From: Caecitellus pseudoparvulus | Taxonomy: Eukaryota > Protista > Bigyra: Bicosoecida | Direction of reading: 5' to 3' | Assembly (NCBI GenBank): GCA_965644315.1 | Contig: CBFFRQ010000062.1 | Location: forward strand, 434,001-498,000 | Length of the DNA stretch: 64,000 nucleotides | Part shown: positions 28,863 to 40,900 of the stretch, piece after piece | Position numbering within the stretch: the stretch's first letter is position 1 | How the letters are laid out: each line of letters starts with the position of its first letter | Notes under the pieces: generated by a model | What the model was told of the DNA's origin: nothing | Seen by the model: the letters and a program-made list of their open reading frames with translations, nothing else | Database searches by the model: none | Translations under genes and position numbers: made by a program

Positions 28863-30035
28863 ATGTGGAGAGCTTGGACACGACTGACGCCAACAAAGAC
28901 AGCACGGCCAGCTGCAGCTGTGTGTTTTGCACTTGCCACGGCTCCTGTCGTGGCCTCGGCCACCGTTTGGACTGAGGCAAGTTCGTCGCAGGGCTCTCTG
29001 CCGGACATGGGCAGCGATGGTGGCAAGCAACAGCCCAGCACGGCTGAAGTCGCCCAAGGCCAACTGCAGGATGAGCCAAGTGATTTGGAGTTGCTGAGTC
29101 AAGTACAAGTCAACGCTTTGCAGGCTTACTTGGCTTCGCCCGCTTTTAAGGAGCGAGTGCGCCTCAGCTTTCAGCGGAACGCAGCTGAGGAGTTGGGCGG
29201 AGCGATGCACATAGGGCGTGTGCAGGGTGCGCTGACGCAGCTGCACCATGAGGTATGGGATGAGGTCATGGAGGAAGTCATTGGCCAGCGCTGGTGGGCG
29301 GTGGCCCTGCTTTCGCGCGACGCGTTGACTTGCTGCTTTACGCCAGCAGAGCTTGCTGAGTGGCTTCTCGCTGCTCACTGCCCACCCGCAACGACAAAGT
29401 ATGTCAACCTGAGAGAGTACGATTTCTGTGCTCGTAACATGGTGTTCAGCTTGTGCATCATGTACAGTTTGTTGCAGGTCGCAAAGAAACGCTCAGCAAG
29501 CGCCACCTGGAAAGTGCAGGCAGGTTCTGCTGCATTGCTCCTCATCGTGGCCGGCATTTGGGCTGTCACTTCTCTCAAGGTGCACCGAAGGTGGAAGCCG
29601 ACCATGCCGCCGACCGTTGCTGAGGAAATCGCCACTCGGCAAGCGCTTCTGGCTGCCAGGGCCCGGGGCACGATGCTACCGCCACAACCAGCACCTGGTG
29701 CAACTCTCCCACGAAGCGCTTCTGCGGAGCGCTACATTGCCGACATGTCGCCAGATCAAGAACAAGGCAGTGGGGCTGCAAAGGCAAGCAGTGATGGTGA
29801 AGCAGCGCAGCTGGAAGAGTGGATTCAAGCCTCAGCAGGAGAGGCGGCGAGCAGTCGTGCCGCCGCGGCAGAAGCAGCGCTGCGTCGCGCCGTTGCCGAG
29901 GAAGAACTGCGAGCGTCCCTGGTTGCACCTGACAATGCTGCAATTGACACAGACCCAACTGATCAGCATACTTCAAAAAGCAAACAAGCTCGCAGTCGCG
30001 CCGGAAAAGGCGTCGGAACTGAGAACTGTGACTAG
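28863..30035 (+). CDS. Hypothetical single-pass membrane protein, possibly organelle-targeted
   Basis: Long ORF from ATG 28863 with a basic/Ala-rich N-terminus, a hydrophobic segment (AALLLIVAGIWAV) and an Ala/Glu-rich tail. No family recognised. Confidence 0.55.
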   Translation: MWRAWTRLTPTKTARPAAAVCFALATAPVVASATVWTEASSSQGSLPDMGSDGGKQQPSTAEVAQGQLQDEPSDLELLSQVQVNALQAYLASPAFKERVRLSFQRNAAEELGGAMHIGRVQGALTQLHHEVWDEVMEEVIGQRWWAVALLSRDALTCCFTPAELAEWLLAAHCPPATTKYVNLREYDFCARNMVFSLCIMYSLLQVAKKRSASATWKVQAGSAALLLIVAGIWAVTSLKVHRRWKPTMPPTVAEEIATRQALLAARARGTMLPPQPAPGATLPRSASAERYIADMSPDQEQGSGAAKASSDGEAAQLEEWIQASAGEAASSRAAAAEAALRRAVAEEELRASLVAPDNAAIDTDPTDQHTSKSKQARSRAGKGVGTENCD

Positions 30036-30095
30036 CCACATGGGAGGACCAGGTCTCCAGATTAAGGCGCACCGCACCCGTTCCCAGCAATGCAG

Positions 30096-31338
30096 TCACT
30101 CATCGTCCCCCTCCAGGGCTTGCATAAGCGCCATGGCCATGTCGGCTGCCAAGGCTCGCCGCTGCTCGTCTGTCATGGTTCCGGATGTCGTTGCAGCCCG
30201 AACTTGCGCGACCTTGGCAAGCATGTCTTCGAACTGCCCCAACTGGGCCTCCAAGGCCGCATCTTCATCAGCGTCGTGCCCTGCAGCCCCTGCCTCCGCC
30301 AGAAGCCCCGCGGCAGTGGACAGCACATCTGGGGTGGAGAGCGTATCGTGTAGGGCAGTCGCTATGCGCCCTGCAGCCGCGGCATCGTCCTCCTCACTGG
30401 GTATGCCCTTTGCTGCTTCTGTCTCTGGAGTGCTGGTTGGGGGGGGGCTTGCGGCGCCGCCCCCGCCTGCGATATAGTCAGACTCCGGCTCTGCTACTGC
30501 AACCTTGCTCTCGCTGGCTCCCCCAGTCCCAGCGGATGCTTCATCAGAAAGGGGGGGTGCCGTGTCGGGTGTCTGGCGTGGTTTCATGACCATGCTGCTC
30601 CACATGACACTGTCCATGGCCTCCCAAATGCGCGGCACCCCCTCTTTTTCACGGCTGGCACCCCCCTCATGTGGGTCAGTGCAGCACGCAAGCAAGCCTT
30701 CAGCACCCAGATCCAGCCCCAACGAGACACATGCAACATGGGCTTCATCCTTAGCAGCAGGGGCCAGCATGTCAGGGAAGCTGCCCACCACAACCTTCAG
30801 CGCTGCTGGAGCCTCTTGGATGGCGCCCACCAGGGGAGCCATTGCCGCGCCCCAGTCGCTGCCGCCCGCCCTCGCGTCGAGCACAACAATGATACCTTCA
30901 GCGCTGCTGATGGCTTTCAGACATGCTTCACTTGCTGATGTGAACTCGTCAGATGGAACCGCCTCCAGTTGCACCTGCGAAGGGAAGCGGAAATCGACGC
31001 TGCGACGATCAATTTCCGCAGAGAAGATGCCACGACGAACCTGCGCCGTGAAGTACTTGTTGTCAATCACAAGTCTGAAAAGGAAGAGGGATTAGGAGCT
31101 GTGAGGTGGCTTGCGTGTCACTCGCTGCCGTGCTTGCCAGCATTGCCGCACCCGCTTGTGGATGGTGCTGGGGTGCCGGACAGCTCTCCCAGACCTGGGC
31201 GGGGGAGTGCTTGGCAAGTGAACCTGAAACGTGGAAGAGGGGGCTGCACTCAAACACACTTTCAATCAGGGCAGACTTTCCACTCTTTTCTGGGCCTAGA
31301 ACCACAATCTTCGCGGCAGAGCTCTCCTCTGCAGCCAT
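30096..31338 (-). CDS. AAGAB: Alpha- and gamma-adaptin-binding protein p34
   Basis: P-loop-like KIVVLGPEKSGKS, IDNKYFTAQ, EGVPRIWEAMDSVMWSSMVMK and C-terminal FEDML...TDEQRRALAADMA. At least two introns, one at 30975-31040. Confidence 0.85.
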
Positions 31339-31902
31339 GTTGGAGTGCGCAGGCTGTGTCCTGGCTCAGCTTCAATCTCAAGTCACTGACTGCGAATGCC
31401 ACGCAAGGGCACACCTAGACTTTGCACCACAAGAAGAGGTTGAGCCTGGCTTCCATCCAGCGTGCTGGGTTTCTTAAAAACAGATTTGACAGATTTGTGC
31501 ATTGGGTTTGCTGTTCATCGAGAGTCACAGTCTGTTGAATGATGTTGAAGATGCCAAGCATCGTCACTAGCAGTGCTTATCCCTCCAATGGGGATGGCTC
31601 TTTCAAACAGGGTTTCGCTTATTTGTGAGAAGAGGGCTCGCTTGCTCCACAGCTGCTTCTTTCTGGTTGATCGTGACCATGAACCCACCCAGTCATTTGA
31701 ATTCAAGGAACCGGGAGAGCAAGGCCATCACCGCGTCATGGAAACCTCCACGACTTTCATGCCAGCATTTTTCGCGACCCGGAACGAAGTGGGCGTGGCC
31801 GAACGCGAGCATTAACAGCCCCTAGTTGAATTTGAACTGGGAACAGAGTCGGTATAGTTCGGGAGCGTGGAGCTACGTCACCACATCTTCGTCTTGCAAC
31901 GA

Positions 31903-34900
31903 TTATTCTGAAGTCACCACTACAGCCAAGCCATGCTTCTCCTTCCCTTCGCACGCCTCCCATATGTCATCAAACCAGTCACCTTCTCTGTAGTCGTACA
32001 AACAGACCAGTTGCCCAGGAACATGCGTCATGATGTGCGCATCGATTGCAGCCCCATCTGCGTCTGCTGCCACGTCAAATGGAACCGCATGCACCGACAC
32101 CTCGCCGGAGTACGCCTGCAAGTTGGCGTCGTGCAAGGTTGTGTCGAAGGGAAAGCCTTCCTCATTCAGCACCTTGTACACACGCAGAATGGGAACTGCG
32201 CTCACGTACACTCTGCAAGTGCCACTCCACAGATGACCCGAGACGGCTGGCAAGAGCGCATGCTGGTTGCGGGCAGCGATGGGTTCCCAGCCTCCGTTCA
32301 AGTCTTCATGGGCGACCAGGACGTGCTGCCCCATGCCCAGCCCTCGGACCACACGCAACAGCGCAGAGCCAGACATCTCGCCAGCCTCGTCACAGACGTC
32401 GGCAAAGGGCACCTCCTCGACGCGCGCTTCGAAGAGCCCTGGAGTCAACCACGGTTGTGGGGTCTCATCTTGCACAAGCTCTAAAACGGTGAAAGTAGCC
32501 TTCTGGCAAACAGCACCTCCAATCACACCTTGTCTGCTTGCACCTTTTCGTGATGCTCTGAGCTCCTGGCCCACATCACAGCCGCCATCTGCGCTCGGCG
32601 ACCCCATCGCAGCAGCAAGCCACTTGTGCGACTGCTCCCCTGGCCTGACCCCCGAGGCATCGCCCCTTTCGCCTTCCGCCACCACATCAATGCCATCAAC
32701 AAACACGTTCTCCCAAGCCGATGACAGAGGCACGAAGTTGTATGCGGCTCCCAATGACGCCAGCTGCAAGGGGCTGTACAAGATTATCACAACTGCCGGG
32801 GTGGGGATGCTCCTCCATGCCCTGCATGCCTCACTCTCACGCAAGCGAGTCTGGAACGCGGCTTGACACGAGTCAATGGCTTGGCGGACGACATTCACCT
32901 GGCTTGCTGTGTGGCTGCCCATGTTCGCACAGACAACCAAGGATGGTAGCTCCGAGCTGGGCTCGATGCAGCCCTGCTGGGCAACATGCAACGCAAGCTC
33001 GAAGAAGTCGCTGATTCTGTCCACGATGCCAGTGGAGCTGGGCGCCTCGGACAGCGAGTACACGAAGGCCGACTGGGGCGCTACCGCGCCAACTGCAGCT
33101 CCGTCAGCAGCCGCCCCACCCCCAATGCCACCTTCCACAGCTGCACGCCTGCTCAAGTCGAGTGACGCAAGAGACTCCACCCTGCAGCCAAGCAGGGCTT
33201 CGGCACTTGCACCGCAGCTCTCCAACTGGGCCACTCCTGAGCTGTGGCGCGCAAACACCATGAACTGACACGCAGACGACACAGACTTTGAAGGTTCCCT
33301 GGTGGCTGACACTGCACGCTGCCAAGCTGTGCGGACTGAGCCAAGCAGGCCATGCAGCAGCCGCTGCCCACTGAAGTGCTCCTGTCTCGCCACATACTCC
33401 GTGACGTACCGAGAAGGGAAGACACCGTTGCGGTTGCCGGAGGCGAACGCACCAGCACGTGCCATCTGGAGCAGCTGCGCATTGCATGCATCCACATGCC
33501 TCTCCATGGATGCAAGCAAGCGCTTTGTCACAATACACTCAGGACCTGCTTCTGCCCCTGCATCAGGGGCAGCAGCAGTGCTGTAGCCCACCACACCTTC
33601 CTCGCCTGCTGCTCCTGCCTCCGATGCTGAGGCAGGCTGCCCCTCGTCCCCTGAGCCGTCCATCATGCGGAACGGCGGGGGGACTTCAAAGTGTGTGCCC
33701 ATGCTTTGCGTTTGCCGCAACAGGCGCAGAATCAGAGCGGGCACAGTCTCAGCTTCGGTGTACCCTTGGAACATCAAGGAAGGGTGTCCAGAGGCCACAA
33801 AGCCGGCGAACCTCTCTACCTCCTCCTCAAGGTGGTGGAAGAAGGCCTGCAGACCCGGCTTGTACCGGATGCCACTGAAGCACGGCGGGATGTGCTGGGG
33901 CAAGCTTTCAAGCTGGCTCCGCAGAGCGTCACGGGCAGACAGGACGAACTTGGAGAACCGATTCAGCAGCGGACTGGGCATGTGCCGAAGCTGACTCAAG
34001 GGCACGTGCACAACAACCTTGAAGGCGGGGTGCACGTGCACTGGGATGGACATGGCGCCAATGGTGATGTCAGCGTAGTACGTCTTCTTGCCTTTGTACG
34101 TCGCAGAGCGGTAGTACCGGTTGAACACATCGTACAGCGCTGTGAACACAGACTGCGGGCAGTTCACGAGCAGAGCAGTTTCACCACTCCCCGCCGCTTG
34201 CTTGACACGGCGCAAGGTCTTCGCGATGTTCGTCGGGTTCTGGTCATCTGGGAAGTCACTCAACGAGATCACCGTAGTCGCCCCACGGTCCAGGATGCCC
34301 AGGTCAAACAGCATGTCCACACCTGCCTCACAGTTGGACCGGTCCACCACCAGGGCGTGTCGGAAGTGGGCTTTGCTCGGGTCACCCTCGTACTTCTGCC
34401 CCAACAGGTCTGTGAGTGACTCGAGTGCTGCCGGCTCGTGCTGCCTTCCGCCTGCTTGGCCAGCTGCCCCACCGTGTGCTGCCCCACCATCAAGGCCGCC
34501 CAGCTGGCACTTGAGCAGGAAAGCCTCAACAAGGCGGCTGAACTCCTCGCGGTCCCCTGCGATGCGGGACACTGTCTGCATGTTGCATCGGAGTCCTCCC
34601 ACGAGCACATCGGCAGTCAGCATGTGCAGCCCCGCATCCTGCAGCCTGTGCCGGATGTGGCGACACAAGTACACGAAGTCGCGCAGATGGAACCAACTCA
34701 AGAACCTGCCACTCAATGCATCACGCTGGGACTCAGCCTGGAAAGCTGCGCAGATGCCACGGACCAGCTCCAGCTGCCTTGACGTGTCTCCGTACTTCGG
34801 ATGTGCCGACGTCAGCACTCCATCCACAAGCTCCTTCACCAGCTTGCGCGAGCCGTCCTTCAGCAACAGCTGCATGCCAAGAGTGACGATGTCCTTCTGC

Positions 34901-37900
34901 TGCACTTCCCCCTGACTGCAGTGCACGGACCGGTTGGTCTTCGCAGCGTCCAGCGTCGAGTTGGACAGCAAGATTGTCGGGGGGCCGTCCTTCTCCTCCA
35001 GCACATCGTGTAGAGCTTTCAGCGCTTGACGGCGCTCCTTCGGCAACCCCGCCTCATCGATCACAACACACACACGAGTGGCGTTCCCAGGAGTTGATGC
35101 GATCCGCTGCCGCTGGATCGCACTCTGGTACACCTTCTGCAGCTCCTCAGAGGTGGTCACCTCGGAACACTGGTAGTGCTCAATCTGCATGTGTGGGAAC
35201 CTCCGCAGCACTGCGCTCTGTGAGCTCCGACCAGCGAAGTTGTCGGCCACGATCATCACTGCCATGGTCTTCCCACACCCTGGTGGGCCCGTCGTCAAGA
35301 CGTTGAAGGTGGGCGTCACACACACAGCCAGGCTTGCTGTGAACACTGCTTCCTGCATGGGCGCTGTCTCAGCCAGGCCATCTGGCCGCTTCTTGATCTC
35401 CGAGAACAAGTGCTCCATGGCCCCGTTCAACGTGTTCTGCAGCTCGCCATGCACCAAGTCAGGCTGTCCCACGCCGTCCATGGCGGCCAAGAACGCTAAG
35501 CGGTAGGAATCGTGTCCATTCACGCGTTCAGCTTCGACTCGACTTGGCAAGCGCAGCAAGTAGCACACTGCAATGGACACCAGCAAGGACTGCTTCAACA
35601 AGTCACGCAGGAACTGCACACTGTCTTGGTCTGTCCTGAGGCTCGGCTTGGGCAAGAAGGGGTTCACGGAGACTTCTTGCCCGGCCACCTTCTCACCTGT
35701 GCGCACTCCGGCCTGCAGGAGCCATGCCGCGAGGTCCACACACCGCACGAGGTCTCGGAGGGACACGTGAATGCGCCGCAGTCCAAAGCGCCGGACAGTC
35801 TCCTGGGCTTTGAGCACAAGCCTTGCCGCCATCTGCGCGAAGCCTTCCAATGCCCGCTCATGCTGCTCCTTCACTCCCCGTGTCACTTGCCCAACGTGAG
35901 GCAACTGCCAAGCCTTCTGCTCCACATACATGCGCAAGAACGCCTCTTCATCCTCAGTCTGCAGATCAGGCGCCGCCTTCTCCATCGTGCGCATGGAGGC
36001 TGGGAGGTACTTCACGATGAATGGAGCGTATGCATCCTCACCGTCCTCGCCATCCTTGCTTCCTTGTCGTGTCGATGGCGCATCAGGTGGCGGTGCAGCT
36101 TGACCTGCGCCAGCTGCCGCTTGTGCGCTCTGCACACGCGTGTAGTCCACCACTCCCTGTGCCTGCCGCCGAAGCTGCCCCCTCATGGCCTTGGGGTTGA
36201 TCGTGCCCACGAAGTACAGGTTTTCGGGCAGTTTACGCCCGTTCACGGAGTGCTGTGTGAACGCCTCACATACGATGCCGAGGTCCCCTGCCGTGTCCAG
36301 CTCATCCACGGACACACACATGGTCAGCTGGGCAGATGCAGCAGTGTGTCCTGGTGCTCGCCGCACAGACTCTTCGGCGTCGGCAAGGGTGGCTTCGATT
36401 CGCTTCAGCTCTGCTTCCCACTTGGATGCAGTCATGCCAGCGTGCATGAGCACACGGCTGTACAGCGTCGCCGTCTGGCTGGTGAACACTGACTTGAACA
36501 CCACCCGGAAGTCCAGCCTCTGTGAGAATGTGTCCGTGCCGGCTGCCGCAGGTTGCGCCGCCCCTGGCTCTCCAGCTGCCGCTGCCCCTGCTCCAGCCCC
36601 GCCAACACTCTGCCCTTGCTTGCTCAGCTCCTCCACCACCGAACTGACAGCATCAAAGGTCACCCTCGTCTCCGTCATGTGCTTGACGAGCTCCGCCACG
36701 TCGGCCACACGGCCCTGCGTGTGGAAGTAGTTGAAGTTCTGCTGCAGCCGCTCCCTGTGTGCGGCTGGGATGCCAGCAGCCTGCCGTGGATACTGCACCA
36801 GTGCCAGCTGGATCAAGATGGGCACTTCGTCAAACAGCTTGTTCTGCAGCTCCTCAGATGCGTGGGACTCGAACACGTCCATGACATGCTCCAGATCCAC
36901 GACACGTGGGTCGTTTGTCAGCTCCACTCTCTCCCATGACGGAGACACTGGAGGCACATTCGTGACCTGCACCGTGATCAAGTCAGGGGACACCTCATAC
37001 GTCGCACCCTTGATCCGCAGGATGCCGGACAGGGCCGCGATGTCACTGCTGACAGCTTCGATGCTGCGCCCTTCCAACTGCAGCTGGCGCAGTCGAGCTT
37101 GCAGCCTGGGCAAATTCACACGCGCGAAGGCACGCAACGCAGTGACCAGGAACAAGGACATGTCAAACAGGACATCATCACGGGAGTTGCGCAGGAGGCT
37201 GTACATGTTCACCAAGAAACTCTTGCACACACCTGTGTCGCCTGCAAGCACCATGGAGTTGCCCGACACGCACCAGTCATGCAGCTCCAACATGCGCAGG
37301 GAGTCCCGAAGCGCCAGCACGAAGTTGTTGCGCTCAAGCAGTGGACGCAGCAGTGCAGTGTCTCGCATACCGAAGGCTGGCGCGATCCCAGCTCGCAGCT
37401 GTGCCATGTTGAATCCACCTTGTCCGTCCTGAGCGTCTGAGCTCAGGTATGTGACCATGTTGTCAGAGCCAGGAGCCAAGCTCAGGGTCCGCATCAGCGT
37501 CTTGGCTTCCTGCAGCGTACATGTCGACGGATACACAACGAGGACTCTGAAGTCGAAGACGCCTCCGACAGGTTCAGGGGACTCCACCGGTGTCGGCCGG
37601 ATGGTGGCGACACGCAACCCACCATGGAACATCCCACACGTTGTAGCGACCTCGTAAATCATGAACGACAGCATCTCGTACCAAAACGAAGCCTTGGCAC
37701 ATTCATGCCTGATTGATGATTGACTCGGATTCTTCTTGGCGGTGTCGCTCATGGTCTGCAAGTACTTCAGTCGGGTTTCCAGCAGCTTGGCCATCTGCAC
37801 GACCAAGCGCAGGTTCACATCAGCTGCGCCCCTCAAGAAAGGGTGCTCCGCAAGCGCAACAGCAAGTATGTCTCGCAAGGCTTCATCGCCCAGGCGATCC

Positions 37901-40900
37901 GCCAAGCCTTCCATGCTTGGAAGGAACTTCGAGCTCCGGATCTCGGCACAGGCGTCAGCGAGGCAGCGGCAAGCATCGCCTCCGCAGCCCTGTGCGTGCA
38001 TGTGCAGGCCAAGCCCCACAGCACACAGTCGGAGTGTCGGGTCCATGTGCAGGTCGCCCATGTTGACGACCCGCATGGAGTCGCGCCATTTCACAGCCAA
38101 GTGCCCGTCCAGCTCGGCCAGAAGTGGATGGGACGCTGCACGAACACCACCGCCCGCGCCTGCACTGGGCCAAGCTTCCCGAGCCGGGAACTCCGTCTCG
38201 CCCAGTGCTGGCAGCTCCATGGCGACGTGAAGCTGGACTGAACAGTCGAGAACACATGCCTCACCTGACTGCATGTCACGCAGAAGTCCCAGGCTGAACA
38301 TGTCAAACAAGCACTGCGACAACTGACCCACGTCAGCCTGCTCAAACACGTCAAAGTGCATCCACACACGGCCGCCGCTTTCTCCCAGCCCCTGCACTAC
38401 TTCCTTGTACTGCCAGATCAGATGGGACACGGTGAACCCTTCGTGCACTGGGACACGAATGAGCTTCGCGCCATCAGCTTCGCAGCTCCTGGAAATGTGG
38501 AATGACTTGCCACTTCCAGGCCCGCCGGCCACCAAGTCTGCTCCAGATACGTGGCGAGCTCCCGCAGCCTGGTGCTGTGCTGCCCAGCTGAGGGATCGCA
38601 GCTGGTTGACGCTGGCCGGCACTGGCTCCTTCTTCCACCAAGTATCAGCTGCTGGCGCGACAAACTGACGCATGCCCACCACATCGCCAAATAGCAGGTA
38701 CACTTCCACTGAGAGGTCTGGCGACTGCAAGCACCGGTTCAATGCATCTCGTGCCACCGCGGAGAGACGATCCACCCCCAGGCAGTAGACAGCAGGAGCA
38801 AATGGGGCCTTGCTGCACAGCATGCGCCCCAGCCACTCAATGTCTGCAACAGTCGCGTCAGGGTCACAACGATATAGCTGACTGGGATGCAGGGGCGCGC
38901 CCACTGATGCGTGGTGCTCCAGCGCCTTGTGGCACATGTAGTGCAAGGACTTGCCTCGCAGCAGCACCACCGACACCGCACCTGCATCTTCAGGAACCGC
39001 GCCCACATCCATTGCCCGTGCCAGTACACCTGCCGCCCAGGGCAAGCATCGAGCGACCTCGTCAAAGCCACCAGTGGCCTGTGCCTCCAACTTCTCACAC
39101 ATGGCTTGCTGTGCCAAAGCGTCCATGGCGGGATAACACAGCATGGCATATGGCAGCAGTGCTTGTACGGCCTTGCGTGGCTCATACTGCGTTCCCGCGA
39201 AGCCCTGCAGCGCCTGACTGAGGCCAAGCAGCAGCTTCGGCGTCAGAGCACTCAGTGCAGGGCAGTCATACAGTGCCTCCTCTGTGCCCCCTCGCCACGC
39301 ATCAAGCTGGGCCTCCAAGAGCTCAAGTCGATTCCTCACCTTGTCCACAATGCTTTCTGCTGAGTCAGTGTCCACTTCGTTCAAGGGCACTGCAGCGCCA
39401 CCCGGCTGATACTCGGGGTGACCAGCGCTGGCCAGCTCAAGGTGCACCTTGTGAGCTTCCTCTGCGAGATCATATGCAGCAAGGATGTGCTGCACAGCGT
39501 CGCCATCGTCATCACCTGACTCCCCCACGACCTGCGCATTGGTGATGTTCTCCAACAACTGATCGGGTGTCCACGGCACCCTCGTACCACTCGTTTCGCC
39601 TCCAATGGCGTACGAAAGTGAAATGCCACTGCGGTGCCCCGTCTCGTCGAGAATGGACACGAACTGACCTGTCCCACTGATCTCACGGTGCAGCAGCAGG
39701 AGGTTGGAGTTTGCTGCTTCCCGGTTGGCGCGCTGCAGCGCAGATGCTACACGCTCCCAGTTATCCACCAGCGCCTTGATCTCACCCACCAACGCCTCAG
39801 CAACGGCGCCTCGAGTGCTCCGTGCTCCACTCCCACTGGCATCCTCCCGCGATGCTCGTGAAGTGATCACCCCATCCACAGCCCTCACAAGGTCCACAAT
39901 GGACACTTGAGCGGCCCCTGCTCCCTCCGCTGCCATGCCACCTCGAGCGAGTGGGGAAGCCTGGCGGGCTGGCAGTACAGCCTCAGCAAGCTGCCGCAGT
40001 GGCGGCAGGTGCCGCAGAAGCCCTTGCAAGTGGGTGTCAGCGGTTGATGCTTGCAAGGCCAGCTCGAACTGACCTGCATAGTCCTCGCTGTGCTCGTCGA
40101 GGTACTGCATGAAGTCTGACATGGATGGCAGTGCCGCGATGACCTGCATGATCGCCAGATCCAGCCCGCCGAGCTCGGCACTGATGTTGGCCAGGGCGGC
40201 CTTTACCTGACTCACCTTGGCGCTTTGTGCCCTCCGGATCGGAGCACAGGCCACCTCCACATCACGGCACCCCAACACTCCCAGTGCTTCCCTGAAAGCG
40301 CCCAACGTGTCTTGCATGCGCAGCAACTCAGTCGCTTGCCGCACGTTCGCCACCTGCGTCTGGAAGACACTCGGCCGATCCGACGAAGACCCACCTTGGT
40401 CGTCGTTGAAGAAGCTGGAGATGGCGGCAAGCTCGCGCCCAAAGTGAGCACCACGTGGCAAGTCGTCGCCACCCCCCATTCCCTGCGTGCCAGACCTGCC
40501 CAGCTCAGACACCTTCTGGTCACCCATGTTCAGCAGCTTCTTCAACCCTTCCAGGACTGCCTCGATCGCTGCATCCCAGCCACGGCCGGTGTGACGTTGG
40601 CCTGCCAGTCGCCGCGTAATGGCTTCCCGCACAAGTCGATCGCGGAACAGTACACTCTTGTGGTCCATGAAGTGCTTCAGCGCCCTGAACGATGTCTCAG
40701 ACAGCACCACTCCACCTTGCTGCAGCTCAACAAAGTTCAGCCAATCCCTCACGGTGGAACCATCATCTGGTGGTGGAGCAGCGTCTCGTGCTTGGCCGGC
40801 ACCAGCTCCGAACAGAGTCAGCTCCGAGTACCACAAAGCCATGGCTCGCAGGGACTGTACCTTCGCTTTCGCGTTTGTAAGGGTAGCCAGTCTATCTCGA

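Noticed and set aside
3509-31338. Functional clustering of ubiquitin/proteasome-related genes around the giant E3 gene
   Set aside because: Such genes are common and eukaryotic gene neighbourhoods are usually not functional; there is no evidence without synteny data.
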